Notes under the pieces: generated by a model
What the model was told of the DNA's origin: nothing
Databases searched by the model: none
The model's input: only the letters and a program-made list of their open reading frames with translations
Made by a program: the position numbers and the translations under genes
DNA from: an uncultured Methanosarcinaceae archaeon
GTDB taxonomy: Archaea > Halobacteriota > Methanosarcinia > Methanosarcinales > Methanosarcinaceae
NCBI GenBank assembly: GCA_963727895.1
Contig: CAVSHT010000003.1
Span: 256,001 to 320,000 of the forward strand
DNA length: 64,000 nucleotides
Direction of reading: 5' to 3'
Part shown: positions 30,481 through 41,513 of the stretch, one piece after another
Numbering within the stretch: the stretch's first letter is position 1
Layout of the letters: each line of letters starts with the position of its first letter

Positions 30481-31908
30481 TTGACTACAGTTAAAAAAAT
30501 AGCTAAGAACAATTTATTTTTACTTTCTGGTCAAGTGACAAGTTTAGTTCTTGGCTTATTTTATTTTGCTTATATGGCAGGATATTTAGGGGCCAAAAAT
30601 TTAGGAATACTGAATACAGCAATCTCTCTTACTTTAATTATCGGACTTTTAGGAGATCTTGGATTAAGCTCGTTAATGACAAGAGAAATTTCACGTAATC
30701 AGTCCCTGGCTCCCAAATATCTGGGAAATATTCTCATAGTTAAAGTCTTATTATCAGTAGTTACTTTTTTAGTTGTTGTAGTTGTAGCAAATATTCTTGG
30801 CTATTCTGAACCGGCAATACAGGTAATTTATATTATTATGTTATCTACTATTGCAACAAATTTTACTCAGGTTTTTACTGCGATTTTTCAAGCATTTGAA
30901 AGATTTGAGTTTCAATCTTTCGGTGTAATTCTAAATAGTATACTGATGACAGTAGGCATTATATTTTTAGTATACCATAAACTTGATTTAATTTACTTTT
31001 CCCTTCTTTACTTTATTGTAAACTCAATTATTTTATTATATAGTTTTTTTATTTGTCTGAAAAAATTAACATTTTTTGATTTTCACATTGATAGGGTTTT
31101 CTTGAAACAAATAATTTTAGAATCATTGCCATTCTGGTTAAATAGTGTTTTTGTTCTGATCTATTTTAAAATAGACATGGTAATGCTTTCTATTATAAGT
31201 GGGGACACTTCCGTTGGATTGTACTCAGCCTCTTACAGGTTAATAGATGCTCTTAGCTTCATACCTGTAGTTCTTATGAGTACTATGTACCCTGTATTTT
31301 CAAAATTCTATGTTAGTTCAAGAGAATCTCTGGAATTTGCTTTCAAAAAATCATTTAAATTTTTGACAATAATTGCAATTCCAATTGGTATAGGAACTAC
31401 AATTCTAGCAGAAAGAATTATCTTGTTTATATATCGCGATGTCCAATATTCTCCTTCAGCTGTCGCTTTACAAATTTTAATATGGGCAAGTGTTCTGAGT
31501 TTTATGAACTATGGTCCTTCAACCTATTTTTCTTCAACAAATAGACAGAGAGCTCTTATGATATTCACCTGCATAGGAGCGATTCTTAACATATTTTTAA
31601 ACCTTATATTAATTCCTCGATTCAGTTATAACGGAGCAGCTGTTGCAACTGTCTGTTCCGAATTAGCTGTGGGAATACTGATGATTTCTAATATACACGT
31701 ACAAAATTTATCTGGTTTATTAACTGATGTTATACTTAAATCGTTAGTTGCAGGAGCGTTTATGGGAATCTTTCTTTTAATTTTCCATAGTTTCACATTG
31801 ATATTGTTGATTTTATTTGCAGCAATTATATACTTTATTATCCTGTATATTATAAATGGTTTTGAAAAGGAAGAGGTCAATTTATTTAATCAGGTGTTTG
31901 GAAGATAA
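30481..31908 (+). CDS. Wzx-type flippase
   Basis: Many TM segments, KIDMVML, GLYSASYR, LNLILIPRFSYNGAAVAT. Confidence 0.9.
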   Translation: MTTVKKIAKNNLFLLSGQVTSLVLGLFYFAYMAGYLGAKNLGILNTAISLTLIIGLLGDLGLSSLMTREISRNQSLAPKYLGNILIVKVLLSVVTFLVVVVVANILGYSEPAIQVIYIIMLSTIATNFTQVFTAIFQAFERFEFQSFGVILNSILMTVGIIFLVYHKLDLIYFSLLYFIVNSIILLYSFFICLKKLTFFDFHIDRVFLKQIILESLPFWLNSVFVLIYFKIDMVMLSIISGDTSVGLYSASYRLIDALSFIPVVLMSTMYPVFSKFYVSSRESLEFAFKKSFKFLTIIAIPIGIGTTILAERIILFIYRDVQYSPSAVALQILIWASVLSFMNYGPSTYFSSTNRQRALMIFTCIGAILNIFLNLILIPRFSYNGAAVATVCSELAVGILMISNIHVQNLSGLLTDVILKSLVAGAFMGIFLLIFHSFTLILLILFAAIIYFIILYIINGFEKEEVNLFNQVFGR

Positions 31909-31911
31909 AAA

Positions 31912-32874
31912 ATGGACTGTCCTAAAGTTATCATTATCATTCTCAACTGGAATGGTAAAGAGAATACGATAAATTGCCTTGATGCTCTCAAGCTAACAAC
32001 ATATCCTAATTATGAGATCACAGTAGTTGATAATGGATCTACAGATGGATCTGTAGAATACTTTAAGGATCATTATCCTGAAGTTAAACTCGTTGAAAAC
32101 GGGAAAAATCTTGGATTTGCTGAAGGAAATAATGTAGCTATAAGAGAAGTCCTGGAAAGAAAGGAAACTAAGTATATTGCTTTGCTGAATAATGATACAA
32201 TAGTAGAACCTGATTGGCTGGAGAAACTTGTAAATGCTCTGGAGCACGATGAAAATATAGGCTCCTGCCAGCCAAAAATATTATCATTAAAAAATACAGA
32301 CACTATTGACGCAGTTGGGATTTATGTTAGCAAGGATGGAGCAGCATATCAAGAAGGGCATAACGAAAAAGACCTTGGTCAATATGGTAAGACCACAGAG
32401 GTATTTGGAGTATGTGCAGGTGCTGCTCTCTATAGAGTAAAAATGTTAGAGCAGATAGGTGTTTTTGATAAAGACTTTTTTGCTTATTATGAGGATGTTG
32501 ACCTTGCTATCCGCGCAAGGCTGTTTGGATGGAAGAGCGTTTGTGTTCCTCAAGCTGTGATTTATCACATACATTCTGCTACTCTTGGGGATGATTCTCC
32601 TTTTAAGAAGTATCTTCTTGAAAGAAATTCTTACTATTATGTTTTTAAAAATTTACCTCGAAAAGTCATTCTGTCATTTTTGATCTGGAAAGCTCGTTTT
32701 ATTTTTTTCACATTATATGATTTAACCAGAAACAAAAAATTCAACCTAATTAAATCTATGATTAAAGGAAACCTATCCGCTCTTGAAAATCTTCCTGTTA
32801 TAATCTCTAAAAGATCAGAACTTCAAAATAAAAAAATAGTTTCTGAAGAAGACTTTATGATGTTATTGAGGTAA
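31912..32874 (+). CDS. Glycosyltransferase family 2 (WbbL-like)
   Basis: IIILNWNG, VVDNGSTDGS, LLNND, YYEDVD. Confidence 0.9.
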   Translation: MDCPKVIIIILNWNGKENTINCLDALKLTTYPNYEITVVDNGSTDGSVEYFKDHYPEVKLVENGKNLGFAEGNNVAIREVLERKETKYIALLNNDTIVEPDWLEKLVNALEHDENIGSCQPKILSLKNTDTIDAVGIYVSKDGAAYQEGHNEKDLGQYGKTTEVFGVCAGAALYRVKMLEQIGVFDKDFFAYYEDVDLAIRARLFGWKSVCVPQAVIYHIHSATLGDDSPFKKYLLERNSYYYVFKNLPRKVILSFLIWKARFIFFTLYDLTRNKKFNLIKSMIKGNLSALENLPVIISKRSELQNKKIVSEEDFMMLLR

Positions 32875-33103
32875 GAATAAGTGCTTTTGAATTAAATCTC
32901 TATAATATTAAAAATATCTTACAAGTTTCTTATATCCAGTTATTTTAATTTAATAACTATATCTTATATATAAAATTTTAACATTAATTATTAATTTTTA
33001 GGGCTAAAATTGAAGTACAAAATTAAATATACATCCAATTTCAGCTCGAATTTACATTTTAATCTGTAAAATACTTATTTTATTGAATATTTCACAAATA
33101 TTG

Positions 33104-35473
33104 CTACTGCATCAGTTCTAGTTTGCATAATTTTTCTTTCAAGCTCAAGTTTGGGTTGTAATAAGGGTCTCCCGTTTCTAGAAAAGTCCTGTAAGGTTCT
33201 AAAATTTTCTGTATATCAGTGGGAGAGATCTCTTTTTTTCTTGAACTTATTCCAAGCTGATATACAGATACTGTTCCAACGCAAAGATTCCGAAAACCTT
33301 TTTTATGTACCCTCAAGCATAAATCGATATCGTTTCCATATTCTTTTATGCTTTCATCAAATCCGTCTGCTTGGGAAAACTTCTTTTTGTTTATCATCAA
33401 GCATTCTCCACTAACTGCAAGGTAATCCCTGGACCATGTATCCAAACCAAAGTTAGTCCAGTTGTTTTCAGGATTACCTGAAAAAACATCGTATTTCTCG
33501 CCGTTCAGACCTAATATGATTCCTGCCTGTTTAATTGTGCCATCAACGTTGAGAATTTTCGGACAAACACAACCTATGTCTTCTCTTCCTGCGTTTTTCA
33601 ATAGAGAAATTAGCCATTTTTTATTAGTGGTTTCTATTCTGCTATTTATAAATAATAGATAATCTCCACTGGACTTCTCTGCAGCAAAATTATTTATGAC
33701 AGATGCATTCCAGGATTCATCATACGTTAATACTTTTATTTCAGGTTGTTTGTTTGAAGGAGCAAAATTAATTGATAATTGTTTTTCTTTCTTTTTAGGC
33801 ACCATGAGTAATACTTCATATCTGGTCTCTTCTGCGTTTTTGATAATGCTGTGAATACATTTTTTAACATGCACATTATCATCAAAATGAATAATAATTG
33901 AGACCAGTGGGAACCCTTTTATCTCGTAATCTACCTGGTAATTTGTCCTATTTATAGTATCAGATGCTTTTCCACCTATTTTTTTCCGATCCAAGTAATC
34001 CTCTAATGACCTGATACCGTTAATCTGTGCTTTATCTTTAGAGAAAATGTTTAATGCAGTTGAGCCTGGAATCATTCGCCAATGATATAGTATTTTTGGT
34101 ATATGTTCAACATGATTTGTTTTTTCTGCAATTCTTAAAAATAGATCGTAGTCCTGGCTTCCTTCAAAACCTATTCTGAATCTTCCTACTTCGTCTACAA
34201 TTGTTTTTCTGATTACTGCAAAATGACAAACATAATTTACTGAGAATAATACATCAGGAGACCAACCAGGCTTGAAAAAAGGGTTGCATCTATTTCCGTT
34301 CATATCAATTTTGTCTTCATCACTGTAAATCAGATCAATATCAAATTTTTTGTTCAGTACTTTTACAACTTCATAAAGGGCATCAACGCTTAATTCATCA
34401 TCGTTATCGAGTAATCCTATAAATTCACCAGTAGCTAAAAGTAGAGCTTCGTTTGAAGCTCCCGAAATACCGCGATTACTGCTCAAATACTTTACTTTAA
34501 TGCGGGAATCCAGGTCTGAATATTTGTTTAGAGTGGATTTTATATGAGCTTTTGGAGAGGCATCGTCTGCTATGCATAGTTCCCAGTTAGTATATATTTG
34601 ATTTCTAACAGAATCAATCGCTTTCTCAAGCCAGATTTTGTCCACATTATAAACTGGCATTATTATGCTTATCTTGGGTTTATATGCAAAGTTTTGTGCT
34701 TCCTCTCTATATTTTTCTATTTTTGTGGCAGTTAGATTATTTTTTAACATCCATAAATCATATTCATATTGTATTCCTAGGTCTGAGTATGCCTGAAAAC
34801 CAATTTTGCCATTTAGGTTGTAACTGTCATAAAATAACATTAATTCTTTTGTTTCATCTGTTTTTTCATAAGGGACTGAAGTCGTGGATTCACCTCTGGA
34901 TTCCAGTCTAAAATAAAAGACTCTATCTTTACTCTCTTTTATCGGTTTAAATTTAAATGAAGTACAGTCGTTATTTCTAATTTCAGCACTTTTTACTATA
35001 GATTCTCTTATTACCACTCTTTTTTCATTAATTATTTGCAGTTTAAGTCTGGAATTTTCTTTTCGAGAATTGGTTGTAAATATCTTTATTTTGTTCAGGT
35101 TGTTTGATGGAAAATTGAACTCTCCCTGCAAGGTTTTAACAAGAGAAATACCGCCATCAGATTTACTGATTTTTGATTCAAAAATTGGGATTTCTGAAGA
35201 TTTGATATAATTCTTAAAATTATGATTTTTAACTTGATGAATTAATAATTCTAAACCTTCGTGTTTGAGTATCTGGACATTTAAAATAGCAAAGTCATAT
35301 ATTTCTCTTCTTTTTGTATTAAGAGGTAATTGTTTACTTATCAAACCTTGAAGTTTAGTTAACGCTTGCAGTAAAAAAGACCTGTAAGTTTCTTTAATTT
35401 TATTTTTTATCATCCAGAGGTTATCAAACTCTGAACTTCTATTTTTTTTATTGTCCATTAAATCACAACTCAA
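33104..35473 (-). CDS. Two-domain GT2 glycosyltransferase with N-terminal extension
   Basis: ISIIMPVYN, CIADDAS, LLDNDD, YSDEDK, GSQDYDLFLR, LYHWR; second, degenerate GT2 domain (VSGECL, DIDLCLR). Confidence 0.88.
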   Translation of the reverse strand: MSCDLMDNKKNRSSEFDNLWMIKNKIKETYRSFLLQALTKLQGLISKQLPLNTKRREIYDFAILNVQILKHEGLELLIHQVKNHNFKNYIKSSEIPIFESKISKSDGGISLVKTLQGEFNFPSNNLNKIKIFTTNSRKENSRLKLQIINEKRVVIRESIVKSAEIRNNDCTSFKFKPIKESKDRVFYFRLESRGESTTSVPYEKTDETKELMLFYDSYNLNGKIGFQAYSDLGIQYEYDLWMLKNNLTATKIEKYREEAQNFAYKPKISIIMPVYNVDKIWLEKAIDSVRNQIYTNWELCIADDASPKAHIKSTLNKYSDLDSRIKVKYLSSNRGISGASNEALLLATGEFIGLLDNDDELSVDALYEVVKVLNKKFDIDLIYSDEDKIDMNGNRCNPFFKPGWSPDVLFSVNYVCHFAVIRKTIVDEVGRFRIGFEGSQDYDLFLRIAEKTNHVEHIPKILYHWRMIPGSTALNIFSKDKAQINGIRSLEDYLDRKKIGGKASDTINRTNYQVDYEIKGFPLVSIIIHFDDNVHVKKCIHSIIKNAEETRYEVLLMVPKKKEKQLSINFAPSNKQPEIKVLTYDESWNASVINNFAAEKSSGDYLLFINSRIETTNKKWLISLLKNAGREDIGCVCPKILNVDGTIKQAGIILGLNGEKYDVFSGNPENNWTNFGLDTWSRDYLAVSGECLMINKKKFSQADGFDESIKEYGNDIDLCLRVHKKGFRNLCVGTVSVYQLGISSRKKEISPTDIQKILEPYRTFLETGDPYYNPNLSLKEKLCKLELMQ

Positions 35474-35853
35474 ATAGTTGCATCTGAACTACATTTTTGA
35501 GAAAGCTACTATGTGTTTTTTTGTATGGAGTTCATTTTAAAAACAAGGAATACTTGCTTGAACAAACAGTGTTATATTTTTCATTCATTACTAATAGGGC
35601 AGTTTTATACGATTGATTACTTAAATATACTATGGTATAAGTACTTGGAAATAGTCACAAATAATTTTTAAAGGCTTTTATGCATCTCGAAAATTATTTT
35701 GAATCATATCCTGACATTTTTCATTCAATCAAAATGACCAATAAATTGATATGGATTCATAGAGATTTGTCCTTTACCTTCAAGTCATGGAAAAATACGG
35801 ATTCGGCTGCTATTTAAATAAAATAATACAAATTCAACGGAGACTCAAACTTT

Positions 35854-36859
35854 TTGAAAATCTCTATTGCTCTTTGCACCTATAATGGTGCTCAATTTTT
35901 ACAGGAACAACTTGAAAGTATAGCTTCTCAGACGCGAGTTCCAGATGAAATGATTGTTTGCGATGATCTATCAAAAGACAATACATTAGAAATCTTGAAG
36001 GAATTTGCCTCTAAAGTTTCTTTTCCTGTAAATATTTTCATTAACGAAAAAAATTTGGGTTCTACTAAAAATTTTGAAAAAGCTATCGGTTTATGTACTG
36101 GAGATATTATTTTTTTATCCGATCAGGACGATGTCTGGCATCCTGAAAAAGTGGAGAAAATTGAAAACCAGTTTTCTATTTCTCCTTCTACAGCACTTAT
36201 TTTTCACGGATGCAGAATTAGTAGACGAAAATTTAAAGCCTTTGGGATATAGTCAGTGGCAATCTAATGGATTTAATCAAAAAGAGCAAGATTTCTTTAC
36301 TCACGGTAAATTTATCGAAGTATTGCTCACACGTAATTTTGTAACTGGTTCAACAATGGCATTTCGTTCGGAATTTAAAAAACTAATTTTTCCTATTCCG
36401 AATGATTGGGTTCATGATGGATGGATATCACTATTAATTGCTTTTGCGTCCGACTTAAATCTTATCTCAGAACCTCTTATAAGATATCGTCAGCATCATA
36501 TGCAGCAAGTAGGAGCTGGTGACGAAGGTTTAACTCTATATCAGAAAATTCACAGAAAAATCAATCAGCTACAAAATTTGGAGTCTGACTACTCTAATTT
36601 TCAGCCCGAATGTATAAGATATACATTGGCATATGAACATTTAGTTAACTCTCGTTTTCCTTCCATAAAAACAAATAAAATTCCACTTCTGAAAGCTCGA
36701 GCTTCCCATTACTGTATACGTTCTCATCTGCCTGTTAGCAGGATAAAAAGAATTCCATTTATTATAAAAGAAATACTAAATATGAATTATCACCGTTATT
36801 CTGAAGGAATATCCAGTGTTGTCGGGGATCTGCTTCGTAATAACAGTGAAATTAAGTAA
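35854..36859 (+). CDS. Glycosyltransferase family 2 (RgpB-like), frameshift near 36200
   Basis: ISIALCTYNG, VCDDLS, LSDQDDVW, HDGW; an extra T in a T-tract splits the ORF. Confidence 0.82.
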
Positions 36860-36882
36860 TAATCAAACATCCAGGAACAAAA

Positions 36883-37912
36883 ATGATTTCTAAGGTTTCC
36901 ATTATTATTCTCAACTGGAACGGTTGGGAAGACACTATAGAATGTTTAGAGTCTATTTATCAAATAGCATATCCTCTTTACGATATCATCGTAGTCGACA
37001 ATGGTTCAAAAGATGACTCTATACAAAAAATAAAAGACTATGCTGAAGGAAAAATTAAAGTTAAATCTCAATTTTTTGATTATTCTCCCGATAATAAACC
37101 TTTCTGTTTAACAGAATTTTCAAAAAGTGAACTGGACTCCTCAGTTTCTATAAAAAAGACTATTGATAGCCTGGCTCAAAGTAAAAATTTGATTATTATA
37201 AAAAATGATGATAATTACGGCTTTGCTGAAGGAAACAATATTGGAATTAGATTTGCTTTAAACAACCTTAATCCAGATTATGTTCTTTTACTTAATAACG
37301 ATGCAGTTGTTGATCCTTATTTTCTAAACGAACTTATTACAGTGGCAGAGAGTGATCCATTTATAGGAATACTGGGGCCAACTGTATACGAATATAAAAG
37401 TCCCCAAGTAATTCAATCTGCGGGTGCACATATTTATTGGAACAAAGGTGAAGTAATTAACCTAACACCTTCTGAAAATAAGTATTCGGATGAGCCTGAA
37501 AATGTCGACAGTGTAATAGGTTGTGCATTACTTGCGAAAAGTGAATTGTTTCATAAAATCGGGTATTTGAATAAAGATTATTTCGCATACCTTGAAGAGA
37601 CTGAGTGGTGCGTACGTGCTTCTAAAGCATCGTACAAAATAGTTTACGTGCCAAAAGGAAAAATCTGGCACAAAGGTGGAGCCACAAGCAATAAAATAAC
37701 CGGTTTTACTCTCTATCATCATTACGAGGAATAAGTTTTGGTTTATGAAAAAACAGTCATCAAAAAAACAATATATTTCTTTTTTAATTTATTTTTTTGG
37801 ATTTCGTTTCTGGATGATCATTGTTGGCATCATGTACCGTCAAAAAAGTAAGGAAATTTTGTCGTCTTTGATGTCTTTCTTGAAAGGAATTCGAGATGGA
37901 ATTCTGACTTAA
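36883..37912 (+). CDS. Glycosyltransferase family 2, frameshift near 37720
   Basis: IIILNWNG, VVDNGS, LLNND, EETEWC; continues as RNKFWFMKK...GIRDGILT* in a shifted frame. Confidence 0.82.
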
Positions 37913-37914
37913 GG

Positions 37915-38972
37915 TCATAATTCCTTATATACTTTTAATGTTTTTTTTGCAGAACTTATCCCAGCTAAACATTTTTGACCTTTTCAGTCCCTTTTTTGAT
38001 CATCTCTTCTTTGAGACTCTCATTTATTAATAACTCATACATTTCTTCAGCAAATTTATTTACATCATATGGATCTGCAATTATAGCTGCGTCTCCCACA
38101 ACTTCAGGTAACGACGAGGTGTTTGAAGTTATAACAGGCGTCCCGCAAGCCATTGCTTCCAGGGGAGGTATCCCGAATCCTTCATATAAAGAAGGAAATA
38201 CAAACAAGTCCACAGCATTGTATATTTCTGCCAGTTCTGTCTCTGAGACATATCCTGTAAAGATGATGTCACTCTGTAAGTTCAGAGCCTCTATCTGTTT
38301 AAGGAGTTTTTTCCTTACAAACAGATAATTTGGAGTCCCTACTTTCAACAATTTTACATGTGATATCTTATTTTTTAATTTGCTGAATGAATTTATTAGA
38401 AATTGAATATTTTTTCTAGGCTCTTCAGCTCCAACATATAAAATTACTTTGTCATCGTCACCGATATTGTATTTTAATAAACATTCTTTACTTCGGTTTG
38501 GATAGTACAGATTATGGTCTACTGCAGGTGGTATGATCTCTATATTTTCTTCCGGATATTTTATGTATTTACTTATATCCTGTTTAGAAAATTCAGATAC
38601 TGTAATTATTCTTTCTGCCTTTTTCAATCCTTTTGCATTAAGTTTCCAGAGAGGACTTGGGGTATTGTAATATGCTATAGGTATGATATCGTGACAGGTA
38701 ACAATGGTTTTTTCTAAACCAGTTAGTTCTAAAATAAATGCTAGATCCTGGCGAGTTATATTCTTGATATTATTCTTATTTACTTTCTTTTTCACAATGA
38801 ACGGATAAGCAATCAATTCGACAAGTTTGTTTATTCCGGATATTTTTGATACATTGGGATATTCTATCCGATTTAATTTGATATCGGTTAACCTGCTGTG
38901 AATCTCACTCTGATATTTTGACATTCCGAATTTTTCATCTGTTCGCAGACCGTTTATATAATCAATTTCCAT
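37915..38972 (-). CDS. Glycosyltransferase family 4, frameshifts in the last ~30 codons
   Basis: [30 protein letters not shown]; shifted tail FSWDK...VYKEL*. Confidence 0.87.
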
Positions 38973-39109
38973 AATTTAGTTCTCCAGAAACCCGGAATGA
39001 GTTATAAAATTTATTAGAATGAGTTATAATATATTTATTAAACTTTAAAAGAGCGACTTGTTAGCGACTTATTATTCTTATTCAGAACGTTTATTCTTTA
39101 CCGGATAAC

Positions 39110-40219
39110 TTAGTTTTTATTCTTTTTGTATTGTTTCTCAATTTCGGCTGAAACTTCATTCCAATCCATTATGTTTTTGTCTACTCCAAAATCTTCTTTT
39201 ATTTCTATTTTCTTAATTTCCTTGTTCTCAATTTCCTTCAGTGCTCTGGCAACTTTCTCCTTTGAAACCGGGTTCTCAATCCCAATACAGTTCTTTCCAT
39301 TTACAAATTCCTCAAGCGCGCTTCCTTTTGCCACTATGCATGGAGTTCCGGCTGCCAGAGCCTCAGCAACTGTTATCCCATATGCTTCATGAGAAGAAAG
39401 CATCAAAAATATATCTGCATCTGCATAGCATTCAAGCAGTTCTTTCCTTGAAAGGTCTTTTAACCAGTCAATCCTTTCTTCCACTCCTGAACTGTTCGCC
39501 ATATTTCTAAGTTCAGCTTCGTAAGGTCCTTTCCCAACGATTCTCAATCGAAAATCTTGAAGTTCAGGCAAACTCTGGATTATATACTGTACTCCTTTAT
39601 ATTCTTCCAGACGGCCTACGTAGAGAAGAATCTTTTCTCTCTCTTTTTTCTTTTTAGAATCTTTTCCTCGCTGCTTGAGATTTTCGAATTCTTTAAGGTT
39701 TACTCCGTTAGGAATTTTTACGGTTTTTGCGGCAACCTCAAAATCAGATTCAACAAGTTTCTTTTCATATTCTGAAACACATATTACGGAATCTGCTCTG
39801 GAAAAAGTTCTCTTTCCAAGAAGCCTGTACGGCTTATGCAGTAAATCTCTGAGTGCTGTATGGCCGTGCCGGTGATAATGAGGTGTGAATATGAATTTTC
39901 CACTATTTCTGCCAAGGGATGCAAAGAATGCAGGAAAAGCATGATAGCTATGTGCGTGAATTACATCATAATTGTGTTTTTTGAGATAAATGTAAATTTG
40001 AGGAGCAAAATAATATGCATTTCCCGGAGCAAAAGATCTGAACCTGATAACTTTTACTCCATTTATCGTCTCTTTTTTATTCAATTTTCCCGTGGAATCA
40101 GTTGTTATAACCTCAACATCATGCCCTGCTTTAACCAGCCTTTCACTAATTTCTTTGACATGAGTTTCCACTCCTCCTATATCAGGAGAATAACGGGGAC
40201 ATATCTGGGCTATTTTCAA
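39110..40219 (-). CDS. Glycosyltransferase family 4
   Basis: GGVETHV, YVGRLEEYKG, HEAYGITVAEALAAG. Confidence 0.9.
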   Translation of the reverse strand: MKIAQICPRYSPDIGGVETHVKEISERLVKAGHDVEVITTDSTGKLNKKETINGVKVIRFRSFAPGNAYYFAPQIYIYLKKHNYDVIHAHSYHAFPAFFASLGRNSGKFIFTPHYHRHGHTALRDLLHKPYRLLGKRTFSRADSVICVSEYEKKLVESDFEVAAKTVKIPNGVNLKEFENLKQRGKDSKKKKEREKILLYVGRLEEYKGVQYIIQSLPELQDFRLRIVGKGPYEAELRNMANSSGVEERIDWLKDLSRKELLECYADADIFLMLSSHEAYGITVAEALAAGTPCIVAKGSALEEFVNGKNCIGIENPVSKEKVARALKEIENKEIKKIEIKEDFGVDKNIMDWNEVSAEIEKQYKKNKN

Positions 40220-40300
40220 GGCTTGAACCTCTTTTTATACTGGAATCTATGTGGAGTAATGCATTAGTTTAATATAAAGATAATGTGATAGTTTAGGCAA

Positions 40301-41456
40301 ATGACATTCAATAAAAGCATTTGCATAGTCGGACCTTCGAAACGTTTTTTGAGTGGCATCAGTTATTACACTATCCGTCTGGCAAATGCCATGTCTGCGG
40401 ACAAAGATGTCTCAGTCATCTGCTTTCGGCAGTTGCTTCCAACTTTTCTTTTTCCTGGAAAATCCCATGTTGGGAAAAATATTTCTGATTTGAATTTTTC
40501 ACCTGACGATTCCTGTCTTTGACGGCATGGACTATAACAATCCACTGACATGGATTCAAGCATATCGTTTTCTTAAAAAACAGAAGCCTGATGTTATAGT
40601 CTTGCAGTGGTGGACTTCTTCAGTTGCTCATATGCATCTTCTGCTGAAGATTTTTGCAGGTTTGCTGCATAAACCAAAAATAATTATCGAATTTCACGAA
40701 GTTGTAGACCCTTTTGAAGAATCAATACTTCCGATCCGCTTATACTCAAAAATAACAGGAAAATTGCTTCGTAAAAACCTTGATGCGTATATTACTCATT
40801 CCGAATCCGATAAAGAGCTTGTTGCAAAAAGATATTCTATTTCCCCTGAAAAAATTCATGTAATCCCTCATGGACTTTATGACCAGTATGGAAAATTGCT
40901 TGATACAAAAGAAGCAAGAAGAAATCTATCAATAAATGAAGACTTTGTTATACTTTCTTTCGGCTTAATTCGAAAATATAAAGGAACTCCCTACCTGATC
41001 AGTGCTTTTGAACAGTTGTCCTCCGAGATTCTAGAAAAAAGCCGGTTATTAATTGTCGGGGAAATCTGGGAAGATCGCAAGGAATTACTTGACCAGATTG
41101 AAAATTCTCCTTTTAAAGATAAAATTACATTAGTAGACGAATATGTCCCTGACGAAAAAGTAAACTTATATTTCAGCGCTGCAGATGTGGTAGTTCTGCC
41201 TTACCTGAGAGCCTCTCAGAGTGGAATTGCGCATATCGCTATGTCTTTTGGAAAACCCGTTGTTGTTTCCGAAGTAGGTGGCTTAAAAGAATCAATGGCT
41301 AACTATGAAGGAACTTTTTTTGTACCCCCTGGAGATGTTGATTCTATCAGGAAATCTATTCTCAGCCAGTTCGGAGAGAGAAAACATTACGAAGCTCCTG
41401 ATCAGAAATGGGATAGAATTATAAACTGTTACATAGAATTAATACAATCTATTTAA
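40301..41456 (+). CDS. Glycosyltransferase family 4, frameshift near 40507
   Basis: SGISYY N-terminus in one frame; FGLIRKYKG and LPYLRASQSG in the next. Confidence 0.83.
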
Positions 41457-41513
41457 TTTTCTTTTCCATAATTCTATCTTAATTTATAAAGTCAATTTCA
41501 TAAAGGGGATACT

